From Hyphomicrobiales bacterium (lineage in GTDB: Bacteria > Pseudomonadota > Alphaproteobacteria > Rhizobiales > JAJFHB01): a stretch of DNA of 64,000 nucleotides. The DNA lies in contig JAJFHL010000283.1 of NCBI GenBank assembly GCA_021775615.1, positions 11,518-75,517 of the forward strand, read 5' to 3'. Each line of letters opens with the position of its first letter. The stretch's first letter is position 1. The notes under the pieces were generated by a model. The model was not told the origin of the DNA, made no database searches, and saw only the letters and a list, made by a program, of their open reading frames with translations. Position numbers and translations under genes: made by a program. Positions 46,284 through 55,761 of the stretch are shown piece after piece.

Positions 46284-47366
46284 ATGTCAGCCGGGACAAA
46301 GGCACAGCAGGCCTTCCAGCGCGAAGCGATCAGAAACCGTTTGACGGCCTGGTGGCAAGGCGATGAGCCACTGAGCGCACGGCCGAACGGCGTCGGTGCG
46401 GGAGGCCCGAACGGTGCTGCCGTTACCCCTGAGCCGGATGGCTATGTGGTCCTGAAACAACGCCTCATGACGTGGTGGAATGGCGACGAGGCCGGTGACC
46501 TCGCCACAACGGACAATCCGTCCCTCCGGATCGAGGAGTCCGGGCAGTCCGAAAGCGACCAGGCTGAATGGTCAGACGATCGGGTCAGGTTGAGCAAAAT
46601 CCTGTGGGGCGAAGGATACATTCGTCCCAACACGGAAGTCTTCGCCAACGAACTGATGTCGGGTCTGCGGCTCGATCCCCGAAAGACAATTCTCGACGTG
46701 GCTCCCGGTCTCGGAGCCACCGCACTCATTATGGTGAAGGAGAAGAGCGTCTGGATCGAGGCAATTGAGTCGGACCCCGACCTGATGCGACACGCCAAAC
46801 AGCGCCTTGCCCTGGAAAAGTGCGGACATCACATCAACATTCGCCACGAAGACTTCACGTCATTCGAGTTGCCGCCTCTGCGATATCACATCATCTACGG
46901 CCGCGAGCATTTGTACTCATTTGCGTCCAAGGATCACATCCTCAGGCAATTGTGCCGCAGCCTCAAGGATCACGGCAAGCTTCTGCTGTTTGACTATGTG
47001 GTGAAAGAAGGCAGCTATAACAGCCCGGCAATCGAAGCCTGGCGTGAGATCGAGCCGACGAATGTTTATCCCTGGACCGTTGGGGAATACCGGCGCGCCT
47101 TCGAGAGCGGCGGGCTGTCATTGCACGGGCGTGAGGACTTCACCGACACCATGATCCACGAGATCAGAACCGCATGGCACCGTATGCTGCAAAACCTCGA
47201 GACGGGTGGATTCAAGCCTGGAAATGTCGACAGGATGATGAAAGAAGGACGGTTGTGGCAGAGCCGGTTGCGGGCGCTGGAATCGGGCGATCTGAAGCTG
47301 CTTCGTCTCGATGCCCGCAAGACGGCGGTCAAACCGGCATTGGAGGGTGACGACCCCGCCGACTAA
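46284..47366 (+). CDS. Class I SAM-dependent methyltransferase with an N-terminal duplicated WW motif
   Basis: Motif I ILDVAPGLGATA. The C-terminal GRLWQSRLRALESGDLKLLRLDARK resembles the C-terminus of PEAMT-type N-methyltransferases. The N-terminus has RLTAWWQGDEP and RLMTWWNGDEA. The start is uncertain (46230 or 46284). Confidence 0.72.
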   Translation: MSAGTKAQQAFQREAIRNRLTAWWQGDEPLSARPNGVGAGGPNGAAVTPEPDGYVVLKQRLMTWWNGDEAGDLATTDNPSLRIEESGQSESDQAEWSDDRVRLSKILWGEGYIRPNTEVFANELMSGLRLDPRKTILDVAPGLGATALIMVKEKSVWIEAIESDPDLMRHAKQRLALEKCGHHINIRHEDFTSFELPPLRYHIIYGREHLYSFASKDHILRQLCRSLKDHGKLLLFDYVVKEGSYNSPAIEAWREIEPTNVYPWTVGEYRRAFESGGLSLHGREDFTDTMIHEIRTAWHRMLQNLETGGFKPGNVDRMMKEGRLWQSRLRALESGDLKLLRLDARKTAVKPALEGDDPAD

Positions 47367-47410
47367 ACGGCCTGAGGGCCGCTCCCCGACACACATCGCT
47401 GCCGGCTGGG

Positions 47411-50400
47411 TCATGCCGCCTGCGGATACGGATCCAACGCAACCGCTTTCGCACCGGCGTCATGTTCGGCACGGCCCGCCCGCCTGCGCCGTGGCCGGGT
47501 CATCAGCAGAAATGCCGGTGGCGTGAAATAGAATGACACCACCGTCGACAAAAGGACACCGCCGGCGACCGCCATGGCAAACGGCGGCCAGAAACCGCCG
47601 CCGGCCATGATCAACGGCAAGAAACCGCCAAAGGTCGTAATCGTGGTCGACACGATGTGGCGGCTTGAGCCGACGACAACGTCTCGAATCGTCTCGATAT
47701 CGCCCTGCAACGCTTTCGGCTCCTCCTGCAGCGCGGTCATGATGATGATCGCCGCATTGATCGACACGCCGATCGAGCCGATGACCCCGATCACCGCCTG
47801 AATGCCGAAGGGATAGCCGAACACCGCGAGCGCCAGCAGGCTCAGGCCCATGGACAGGAAGGCCACCACGCCGGCAACTGCAGAGAGACGGAACGAATTG
47901 AACGTCAGCACCACGGTGGCAATGGTCAGGGAGACGATGAGGCCGATGGAGGACAGGAGGTTGCGGATCGTTTCGGATCGGGCATCCGCGTCGCCGCCGA
48001 ATTCCAGGCGGTAACCAAGCGGCAGCTCAAAGCCCTGTTCAGCGAGCCTTTGCTGCACCGTCTTCAAAGCTTCTTCGGGCAGGACGTCGCGCCAGACAAA
48101 GGCCTGGATTGTGTTGATGCGCTCGCCGTTGCGCCGGAAGACGGGCGTTTCGGCCGGCTGCAGGCGAATTGTGCCAAGGGTTGTCAGGGGGATTCCCGGA
48201 TAACCGCCCTCCGCGACGGTCTGGCGGGCGTTTGGCGTGACCACCTCGAAACCGCGCAGGATGTCGATGGCGTCCCGGCCGTCGGCGCCGACGCGCACGC
48301 GTACTTTCAGTTCTTCGGTGGATTCGATCAGCGAACCGCCGGTGACGCCTTCCAGCGTCGCCTCGAGCTGACGCGCAACCGAACCGAGATCAAGCCCGAG
48401 CAGCCGGACCTTTTCTTCATCGAGATCGAGCACCGCCTTGGGTTCGCCGCCGGTGAGCTGGGTGCGGACCTGGATCACCTCGGGCACCTCGGCCATGACC
48501 TGCCGCAGGATGTCGCCGTTTTCACGCAGGACACCGAGATCGGGGCCGACGATCCGCAGCTCGACCGGCGCATTGACCGGCGGCCCCTGAACGAGACCCC
48601 GCACGATGATCCGGGCCGAAGGGACGCTCTCGTCGAGCGCGGCCTGCAGCTCCGGGATAACCCGTTCGGTATCGGCCGCGGACGTGGTCGTGAGCAGAGC
48701 CTCGGCGAAACTCGAAACACCGTCCTGGTTCATCAGCATGTTGTAGTAGAACGAAGGGGCGCTTTGGCCGACCACCCAATGGACCCGTTCAACACCGTCA
48801 ACCCGGCGCATGACCTTGGTCGCCTCACGGGCAAGGCGCTCGGTCTGCGCGATCGACGTGCCGCCCGGCAGTTTCAGCTGAACGTAAAGCTGGTCGCGGT
48901 CGACGCCGGGGAAGAACTGCGCCTTGAGGGTGGGAAACGAACCGAATCCGATGACCGGCAGGATCAAAGCGCCCAAAATCGCGAGTTTCGGAAAGCTGAG
49001 CGACAGGTCGAGGGACCGCGAGAAGACGCCGCCGAGTGTTTTCGACCTGATACCCTGCTGCCACCAGTGATGTTTCTCACCGGGCGCGCGCTGATGCAGC
49101 AGCCAGCCGGCAAGAGCCGGTGCAACGGTCAGGGCGAGTCCGAAGGACGAGACCAGCATCACGATCACCGAAATTGCAATCGCACCGACAAAGTCGCCGG
49201 CCGGTCCGGGCAGTAGCACCATCGGCATGAAGGCAAGCGCGGTTGTCAGCGTAGAGGCAAGCAGCGGCACGGTGAGCCGCTTGACGGAACCGGAAACGGC
49301 CGAAAGCCGGTCCGCGCCGGCTTCCAGTTTTTTGCGGATTTCGTCTGTCATCACAATCGCGGCGTCGACCAGAAGCCCAAGCGCCACGATCAACCCGGTC
49401 ACCGACATCTGGTGAATGGAAATGCCGACCATCTGCAGCGTGGTTATGGACAAGAGGCTGGCAAGCGGCAGGATGGTTGCCACCACGAGGGCGGCACGCC
49501 AACCCAGAGTTATGATCAGAACGGCAATGACCAGGGCGACGCCGATCATGAGATTCTTGAGCACTCCGGTCAGACGATCGGCGGTGTAGCTGGACTGCTC
49601 AAACAACAACCGGTGCTCAAGTCCTCCCGGCAGTTCCGCCTCGAACTCGGCGAGCGAAGCGTTGATACGCGCCATCCAGGCGTCCACCTGCAGGTCGTCT
49701 TCCATGCGCGCGGCAATCAGGATCGCCGGATCGCCGTCCGCATAGGCAAGACTGCTGGCCGGCGTCGCCACCGAGCGGCGCACTTCGGCCACGTCGGAAA
49801 CCCGCACGACGCTGTCATTTACCGCGGTAACAATGGATACCGCGCGGATGCGGTCGAGCGAGGTGATTTCGCCGGCAACCTCGATCAGCAGGTCGACGCT
49901 GTCGCCACGGATCTGGCCGGCGCGGACTTTTGCATCGGCGGTCTCGATGGCGCGGGACACCTGATCGACCGTCAGGCCCAGCGAAGTGAGCTTGCGCGGG
50001 TCGATTTCCACAACGATCTCCTCTTCGCGGTCGCCAAACAGGGTGACCAGCTTGGTGCCCCCTACCCCGCGCAACCGGTCCTGGAGCAACTCCGCATAGC
50101 GCCGCATGACGGCCCAGTTCACCTCGTCTCCAGCGCGCGGCACGATGGCGCTGATCGACGTGAACGCGCCGGTACGGTCGTTGTCGAAAGTGGGTTCGGC
50201 GACGCCGGCCGGGAAGTTCTGCACGGCATCGGCCAGGGCATCTCGGATCTCGGACCAGGTCTGCTCGATCTTCTCATCGGAGATGAACATTGAGAGCTCG
50301 ATCTGGACGACCGAAATGCCCACCCGCGAGGTGGAGGTGATTTCTTCGATCTCCGCGATCTCGCGCAGCTCTTCTTCGATCCTCTCGGTGACAAGCGCCT

Positions 50401-50572
50401 CGACACGCGCCGGATCGGCTCCCGGATAGGGCGTGACGATGGTCGCAAAGAGGTTGGTGATGGTGGGGTCTTCCTGCCGTCCGATGGACAGCAGCGACGC
50501 CGCGCCGGCGGCAAGAACAAGCAGGATCGTCAGCGCGAAGATGCGCTTGTTGCGAAAGAACAGGGTTTCCAT
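47411..50572 (-). CDS. RND efflux transporter, inner-membrane permease (AcrB/AcrD/AcrF family)
   Basis: 1053 aa with the 12-TM, two-large-periplasmic-loop architecture. Confidence 0.9.
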   Translation of the reverse strand: METLFFRNKRIFALTILLVLAAGAASLLSIGRQEDPTITNLFATIVTPYPGADPARVEALVTERIEEELREIAEIEEITSTSRVGISVVQIELSMFISDEKIEQTWSEIRDALADAVQNFPAGVAEPTFDNDRTGAFTSISAIVPRAGDEVNWAVMRRYAELLQDRLRGVGGTKLVTLFGDREEEIVVEIDPRKLTSLGLTVDQVSRAIETADAKVRAGQIRGDSVDLLIEVAGEITSLDRIRAVSIVTAVNDSVVRVSDVAEVRRSVATPASSLAYADGDPAILIAARMEDDLQVDAWMARINASLAEFEAELPGGLEHRLLFEQSSYTADRLTGVLKNLMIGVALVIAVLIITLGWRAALVVATILPLASLLSITTLQMVGISIHQMSVTGLIVALGLLVDAAIVMTDEIRKKLEAGADRLSAVSGSVKRLTVPLLASTLTTALAFMPMVLLPGPAGDFVGAIAISVIVMLVSSFGLALTVAPALAGWLLHQRAPGEKHHWWQQGIRSKTLGGVFSRSLDLSLSFPKLAILGALILPVIGFGSFPTLKAQFFPGVDRDQLYVQLKLPGGTSIAQTERLAREATKVMRRVDGVERVHWVVGQSAPSFYYNMLMNQDGVSSFAEALLTTTSAADTERVIPELQAALDESVPSARIIVRGLVQGPPVNAPVELRIVGPDLGVLRENGDILRQVMAEVPEVIQVRTQLTGGEPKAVLDLDEEKVRLLGLDLGSVARQLEATLEGVTGGSLIESTEELKVRVRVGADGRDAIDILRGFEVVTPNARQTVAEGGYPGIPLTTLGTIRLQPAETPVFRRNGERINTIQAFVWRDVLPEEALKTVQQRLAEQGFELPLGYRLEFGGDADARSETIRNLLSSIGLIVSLTIATVVLTFNSFRLSAVAGVVAFLSMGLSLLALAVFGYPFGIQAVIGVIGSIGVSINAAIIIMTALQEEPKALQGDIETIRDVVVGSSRHIVSTTITTFGGFLPLIMAGGGFWPPFAMAVAGGVLLSTVVSFYFTPPAFLLMTRPRRRRAGRAEHDAGAKAVALDPYPQAA

Positions 50573-50581
50573 GGTTCCGGC

Positions 50582-51736
50582 CTACTGTGCAACCGCGACC
50601 CGCTGGCCGGGCACAACGCGGTTGGTGCCCTCCAGTACGATCTGCGCCCCGGGCGTGACGGTGCCGCGCACAAAGGCGCGGGCACGCTCGGTATGCAGGA
50701 TTTCCACCGCCTCGCGCTGGACCACCTGTTCGCCGTTCGAGGTATCCACCGTGTAAACGGTCCACAGACCCTTGCGGCCTTCGACCAGAGCCGACAGCGG
50801 GACCCAGAGCCCCGGCTCGGCCACCTGGCGATCAAGGGCTAGTTCGACGATCTCGCCGAAGCGCAGGTCAGCCGCTCCTTCGACATCGAACACCGCCGAG
50901 ACGGTACGGGTTGACGATGAAAGATCTGGACGCACCACGACCAGAGTGGCCGCAAAGGTGCGCCCGGCGGCGGAGAGCGTGTAGGTCCTGTCCTGCGTCA
51001 GCGTGGAGGAAGCTTCAACCGACACACCGATACGGACCTGACGCCGCTCCGCCTCCAGAAAGTCGACAACGGGCAGATTGGGAGAGGCGACTGTCCCCTC
51101 ATCGACCATTCGGGCACCAACACGTCCGGTGAACGGCGCACGCAGAACGGACTTCTCGATGTCCACATCAAGCGATTTGATCGAGGCGTCGATGTTCTCG
51201 ATTGCGGCCACGAACCGGGCCAGGCCGAAGCGCGCTTCATCATGCTGCTCGATCGAACCGTGACCGCCATCCATCAGCCGCTTCTTGCGTTCGACCGTGA
51301 GTTCGGCCAGGCGCTTCTGGGCTTCCAGTTCGCGGCGTTGTGCACTCAGCATGCCACGTTCGGCGAGCAGCTTCGCCGTATCGAGTTGGGCGATCGGCTC
51401 GCCCTGCCTGACGATATCGCCTTCTTCGACCAGGACACTGGTCACAAGACCGGAGCGCTCAAAGCCGAGGCGGGTTTGACGGGCGGGCTCGAGACGGCCG
51501 ACAAAGCGTTCGCGCACCGTATAGCCCTGCGCCGATGAAACCGTTTCGGCGCGCACCGGAACGGGCGGGGTCGCCTCCACCGGAGCCGTCGCATTGGCCA
51601 TATGATGCAACCCGGCAATGCCCCCGGCCATCAGTCCAACGAATGTGAGAGCGGTCGCCCCCATTGCGGCCCAGCGAATGCTGCGTTTGAGCATTCGCCG
51701 GGGAGCCTCATCTGTGCTATTGATTTGCCCGGACAT
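50582..51736 (-). CDS. RND efflux periplasmic adaptor (membrane fusion protein, HlyD family)
   Basis: TM anchor, coiled-coil hairpin (LLAERGMLSAQRRELEAQKRLAEL) and beta-barrel region. It lies directly upstream of the RND permease. The start is 51736 or 51778. Confidence 0.85.
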   Translation of the reverse strand: MSGQINSTDEAPRRMLKRSIRWAAMGATALTFVGLMAGGIAGLHHMANATAPVEATPPVPVRAETVSSAQGYTVRERFVGRLEPARQTRLGFERSGLVTSVLVEEGDIVRQGEPIAQLDTAKLLAERGMLSAQRRELEAQKRLAELTVERKKRLMDGGHGSIEQHDEARFGLARFVAAIENIDASIKSLDVDIEKSVLRAPFTGRVGARMVDEGTVASPNLPVVDFLEAERRQVRIGVSVEASSTLTQDRTYTLSAAGRTFAATLVVVRPDLSSSTRTVSAVFDVEGAADLRFGEIVELALDRQVAEPGLWVPLSALVEGRKGLWTVYTVDTSNGEQVVQREAVEILHTERARAFVRGTVTPGAQIVLEGTNRVVPGQRVAVAQ

Positions 51737-51767
51737 TGTTGCGTTCCCGTTCGGTTCCAGCTTGAAT

Positions 51768-51820
51768 GTTAGCGGCACTCACTTATGTTAGTGGGGCTAA
51801 CTTATGTAAGCGACGCTAAC
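51768..51820. promoter_or_regulatory. Nested imperfect palindrome GTTAGCG-N12-GTTAG-TGGGG-CTAAC-N12-CGCTAAC; TetR operator candidate
   Basis: Read directly. The inner and outer inverted repeats share one centre (about 51794). It lies in the divergent promoter region between the TetR gene and the MFP-RND operon. Confidence 0.45.
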
Positions 51821-51850
51821 TTTACAACCCGAGTCCCTGGTTTTTTTGGC

Positions 51851-52477
51851 ATGAACGATATTGGCGAGACGCAGAAGGATGCGGCCCAGATCAAGGACCG
51901 CTATCACCACGGTGATCTGCGCGAGGCGTTGATCGAGGCGACGGCGAGCCTTGTCGAGGAACGCGGCGCGGAGAACTTTTCGCTCGCCGATGCCTGCCGT
52001 TGCGCCGGTGTGAGTACGGCCGCCCCTTACCGACATTTTCGCGACAAGGAAGAGATCCTTGAGGAAATTGCCGCACGTGGCTTCGACGCGCTGACGCAGC
52101 GCTCGATGGCGGCGGTGCAGGAGCATGGCTCGGGCACCCTCGCCGGCATGACGGCCATGGGCCGCACCTATGTTGCCTTCGCGGTCGAGGAGCAGGCGCT
52201 GTTCCGTCTCATGTTCGGCCAGCGTCCGGCCCTCAAGGCCGCCGAGCTGGTCGAGGACAGTGGACACGAATGCTTCGACCACGTGATCAGCGAGGTGGGG
52301 CGTTACTGCGAAAGGAACGGCATCGAAGGCGATGCGCGTGAAATTGCGGTTCAGCTCTGGACATTCGTGCATGGCGCGGCGTCACTGATCATCGATCAGG
52401 ACTATGAAAAAGTCGCACCCGATGTGAACATCGAACAGATGATCATAACGGCCACCGAGCGGCTGCTGTCGCGCTGA
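51851..52477 (+). CDS. TetR/AcrR family transcriptional regulator
   Basis: N-terminal HTH (FSLADACRCAGVSTAAPYRHFRDKEEIL). It is divergent from the efflux operon. Confidence 0.85.
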   Translation: MNDIGETQKDAAQIKDRYHHGDLREALIEATASLVEERGAENFSLADACRCAGVSTAAPYRHFRDKEEILEEIAARGFDALTQRSMAAVQEHGSGTLAGMTAMGRTYVAFAVEEQALFRLMFGQRPALKAAELVEDSGHECFDHVISEVGRYCERNGIEGDAREIAVQLWTFVHGAASLIIDQDYEKVAPDVNIEQMIITATERLLSR

Positions 52478-52499
52478 CCGGCCCAAGAGACACCGGCCT

Positions 52500-53279
52500 A
52501 TGGGACAGTTGATCACCACCGCCTGGCGCGGGCTCAAGGTCGCAACCGTTCTCGTCATGCTCACCGTTCTGATCCCGACCGCTGCCGCGGCGGCGTATTT
52601 CTATGCCCAGGGCTGGCCTCGAAGCTGGAACAGCGCCGACTGGTCCTCCACCAACACCGCCCCTGATCCGCGCAGCGACACCGACGCCATTATCCAGGTC
52701 TATGCCGCCCGCGCGGGCCGCTGGAAAGGGGTGTTCGCGGTTCACACATGGATTGCCGTGAAGCCGCAGAACGCGCGCGCGTTCACGCGCTACGACGTTG
52801 TCGGGTGGGGCCGTCCGGTGCGCCGCAACGGGTGGCCGGTGGACGGCCGCTGGTACAGCAACGCCCCGCGCGTCGTTCTCGAACTGCGCGGTGAAGACGC
52901 GGAACGGCTGATTCCGGAGATCGAAGCCGCCGTGGCGCGCTATCCCTATAACGTCCGCGGCGGTTACGGGGTGTGGCCGGGGCCAAACTCCAATTCGTTC
53001 ATCGCCTGGATCGGCCGCCAGGTGCCGGGCCTCGGACTGGAGATGCCGGCAACCGCTGTCGGCAAGGACTTCATCGGTGCCGGCCCCGCCTGGTCGCAGA
53101 CGCCATCGGGCACCGGATGGCAGATTTCCTGGGGCGGTTATGCCGGTGCGGCCATCGGACTGAAGGAAGGGCTTGAGGTCCACGTGCTCGGGACCACGAT
53201 CGGCATCGACCCTCAGGATCTCGGCATCAAACTGCCGGGATTTGGTCTCTTGAGTTTCCGCCGCCTGTGGGCCGGCTGA
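52500..53279 (+). CDS. DUF3750-like membrane-anchored protein
   Basis: N-terminal TM helix, then VYAARAGRWKGVFAVHTWIAVK..YDVVGWG as I recall for DUF3750. Confidence 0.55.
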   Translation: MGQLITTAWRGLKVATVLVMLTVLIPTAAAAAYFYAQGWPRSWNSADWSSTNTAPDPRSDTDAIIQVYAARAGRWKGVFAVHTWIAVKPQNARAFTRYDVVGWGRPVRRNGWPVDGRWYSNAPRVVLELRGEDAERLIPEIEAAVARYPYNVRGGYGVWPGPNSNSFIAWIGRQVPGLGLEMPATAVGKDFIGAGPAWSQTPSGTGWQISWGGYAGAAIGLKEGLEVHVLGTTIGIDPQDLGIKLPGFGLLSFRRLWAG

Positions 53280-53354
53280 ATTCGCCGCAAGCGGCTTCAC
53301 CCGCCGCGCATTCTTCTGTACAACCTGCACGCCGCGAAGCGAGGAGAAACGGTC

Positions 53355-54320
53355 ATGGCCAAGATTGTCGTCAACGGAGCCTCACAGATTGAAGACGTTC
53401 CCGGGTTGTCCGCGATTGCGCAGGCGCACGAAATCGCCTTTGCCGGTGACGAGACCGCCCTCGCCGCGGCACTGCCGAGCGCCGAAGTACTGCTCGGATG
53501 GAATTTCCGCGGCCGCGACCTGCCCAACTGCTGGGCCCATGCCGACGCCCTTCAATGGATCCACTGGTGCGGCGCCGGCGTCGATGCGGTGCTGTTTCCC
53601 GAACTGATCGCGAGCGACGTGGCGCTTACCAATGCGCGCGGCTGTTTCGACCGCGCCATGGCCGAATATGTGCTCGGGCTGATGCTGGCCCACGCCAAGG
53701 GCTTCGACCAGATGTTCGACAGCCAGGCGAAGCGAACCTGGTACTACCGCATGACGGAACGCATCGCCGACACCAAGGCGGTGATCTTCGGGGTCGGCAG
53801 CATCGGCCGCGAGGTGGCCCTGGTCCTGCGCGGCGTTGGCATTGAAGTGTCTGGCATCGGGCGCAGCGCACGCAGCGGCGTTCCGGTCTTCGGCGATGTT
53901 CATGGGGAAGCTGAAGCGGGCCATCTGATCGCGGCGGCGGACTGGGTCATCGGTGTGCTGCCGAGCACGCCGGAGACGCAAAACCACTTCGATGCCGCGT
54001 TCTTCGGGAAGATGAAGCCGAGCGCGCGCTTCTACAATATCGGCCGCGGCACCGCCGTCGATGAGACGGCGCTGGTCGCGGCCCTCGAAGCGGGGACCAT
54101 CGCCGGAGCCGGCCTTGATGTCTTCGCCACAGAGCCCCTGCCCGACGACGATCCCATCTGGTCGGCGCCGAACCTGATCGTTTCACCGCACGTGTCGGGA
54201 GATTTCATCGGCCACCGCGAGGCGATGGTGGAGCAGTTTCTCGACAACCTGAAGCGCTATCTGAACGGCGAGCCGCTCTCCAACCTGGTCGACAAGGCGG
54301 CCGGCTACGTGCGCGACTAG
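53355..54320 (+). CDS. D-isomer-specific 2-hydroxyacid dehydrogenase family protein
   Basis: NAD fold VIFGVGSIGREVA, NIGRGTAVDE, LDVFATEPLP and SPHVSG. Confidence 0.85.
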   Translation: MAKIVVNGASQIEDVPGLSAIAQAHEIAFAGDETALAAALPSAEVLLGWNFRGRDLPNCWAHADALQWIHWCGAGVDAVLFPELIASDVALTNARGCFDRAMAEYVLGLMLAHAKGFDQMFDSQAKRTWYYRMTERIADTKAVIFGVGSIGREVALVLRGVGIEVSGIGRSARSGVPVFGDVHGEAEAGHLIAAADWVIGVLPSTPETQNHFDAAFFGKMKPSARFYNIGRGTAVDETALVAALEAGTIAGAGLDVFATEPLPDDDPIWSAPNLIVSPHVSGDFIGHREAMVEQFLDNLKRYLNGEPLSNLVDKAAGYVRD

Positions 54321-54583
54321 ACCCTTTCATCTTTATACGGAATCGTTTGATGGCGCCAAACCGGTTCGTCCGGCAAGGCGCGGTGCGAAGCGCGATGTGG
54401 TGCATCGGGCAAGCGCCACAACGCTGCCGGCGAGCTGGTTTGGCCCACCGAAGGCCCGATTTTCACGCCTCCTGACTGCGTTACGGCCCCCTTGTGGACG
54501 GCAAGTCCACGGCGGGACCCGTGCCTGGTCAGCAGACGTGAAAATCCGGTCAAAGCGTTTCCGTATAAAGATGAAAGGGTCTA
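54318..54583. mobile_element. MITE-like element 1 (262 bp core, 54320-54581) with terminal inverted repeats of about 31 bp and a TA/TA duplication in a CTAG target
   Basis: Left end GACCCTTTCATCTTTATACGGAAtcgtttga. The reverse complement of the right end is GACCCTTTCATCTTTATACGGAAacgctttga. The first 23 nt are identical. The flanks read C-TA-[element]-TA-G. No ORF of transposase size is present. Confidence 0.6.
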
Positions 54584-54694
54584 GATCACGATCGACTTAG
54601 GTGGATGCACACAAGTCGACAAAACGTGATCGATCTCCATAGGCCAGAGCGGGATCGGACGGAAAGCCGGTGCCCACTTTTCCTGATCCCGCTC

Positions 54695-54962
54695 TAGGTC
54701 ATGAACTCATAAATGGCACGCATTCTGTTTGGTCAGGAGGGGTCGAATGCTGGGAAACAAGCGCAAGATCAGGCTTTGCGCCTTATCGAGCATTGTTTGC
54801 CTGCAGGCGGGCCCTCCTGGCCTAACCCTGCGGGCGCGTCGGATGTGCGCCGCGCGGGCGTTGCAAAGGTTTGAAAACCGGAAGGTTTACGGCACCTTTG
54901 CGCCTGCTCGCGACGCAAATCCGTCAGCGCAGAATGCGTGCCATTTATGAGTTCATGGCCTA
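54695..54962. mobile_element. MITE-like element 2 (264 bp core, 54697-54960) with 31-bp terminal inverted repeats (1 mismatch) and a TA/TA duplication
   Basis: Left end GGTCATGAACTCATAAATGGCACGCATTCTG. The reverse complement of the right end is GGCCATGAACTCATAAATGGCACGCATTCTG. TA is present at 54695-54696 and 54961-54962. Confidence 0.6.
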
Positions 54963-55613
54963 AACCGAAACGCCGCCGTATCCGACAATCTCTTCCTTGA
55001 TCACACGGGCCGGGTTGCCGACCACGACGGTGTTGTCCGGCACATCCTTGATGACCACCGCTCCGGCACCGACGACGCTGTTGGAGCCAATGGTCAGGGA
55101 TGGAGCAATGGTGGCACCGGTGCCGATGAACGCACCGCGGCCTATGAGACAGCTCGAGGCAACTGCAACCTGCGGGCCGACGGTGCCAAACTGCTCTATC
55201 CGGGTGTGATGGCCAATGGATGCGGCGCGATTTACGAAGGCGTGGTCCTCCAGATGAACGAAGGAGCCGATCACCGCACCCGCGTTTATGTAGTTGCCCA
55301 GCCCGGAGATCATCGAGGAGGGCAGGATGGCGGTAGGATCGAAAATGCTGCCGAACCGGGCAAACCCCATTTCACGCGCCAGGGCGATCCGCTCCTTGCG
55401 TCTGCCCGGATTGATTTGAGGAACGACGGTTTTGTGCTCCGTCAGGTTGGGGGCAACCTCCTCGGACTGCAGGAGACACCCGATACCCGTCATGCTCCAC
55501 TTCGGTTCACCGACAAGAACGCCTGCGACCACTTCGCCTTCCAGTCGCCGGATGGACTCCACCAACTCAGAAGCATAGATGTGCTCAATCCCGAATATGA
55601 CGACCTTATCCAT
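54960..55613 (-). CDS. Left-handed beta-helix (hexapeptide) acetyltransferase, NeuD/PglD-like
   Basis: N-terminal Rossmann-like MDKVVIFG domain. C-terminal hexapeptide repeats ([31 protein letters not shown]). Confidence 0.75.
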   Translation of the reverse strand: MDKVVIFGIEHIYASELVESIRRLEGEVVAGVLVGEPKWSMTGIGCLLQSEEVAPNLTEHKTVVPQINPGRRKERIALAREMGFARFGSIFDPTAILPSSMISGLGNYINAGAVIGSFVHLEDHAFVNRAASIGHHTRIEQFGTVGPQVAVASSCLIGRGAFIGTGATIAPSLTIGSNSVVGAGAVVIKDVPDNTVVVGNPARVIKEEIVGYGGVSV

Positions 55614-55761
55614 GCAAGCGCGCCCGCGACCTCAGGGATGATGAGTTGTGTTGGTCATGACATCGGAAAACCTATAGAGCGGTGCGTCGCTCTTCAAACG
55701 CAAACTGAAGCCTGATATGTCGTTGTGCTGATCGAAGAAAGTGCAGCGCCAGTTGGACCGA

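Noticed and set aside
42254-47400. A complete genomic island or prophage integrated at tRNA-Val.
   Set aside because: No integrase, excisionase, phage or conjugation genes follow the tRNA. The only repeat of the tRNA 3' end is 117 bp away. I could not find a distal direct repeat by eye.
54729-54950. A 73-aa ORF inside MITE-2, and 60-80-aa ORFs inside MITE-1, as possible transposase remnants.
   Set aside because: They are far too short, have no DDE-type motifs, and their composition looks like random translation of structured GC-rich DNA.
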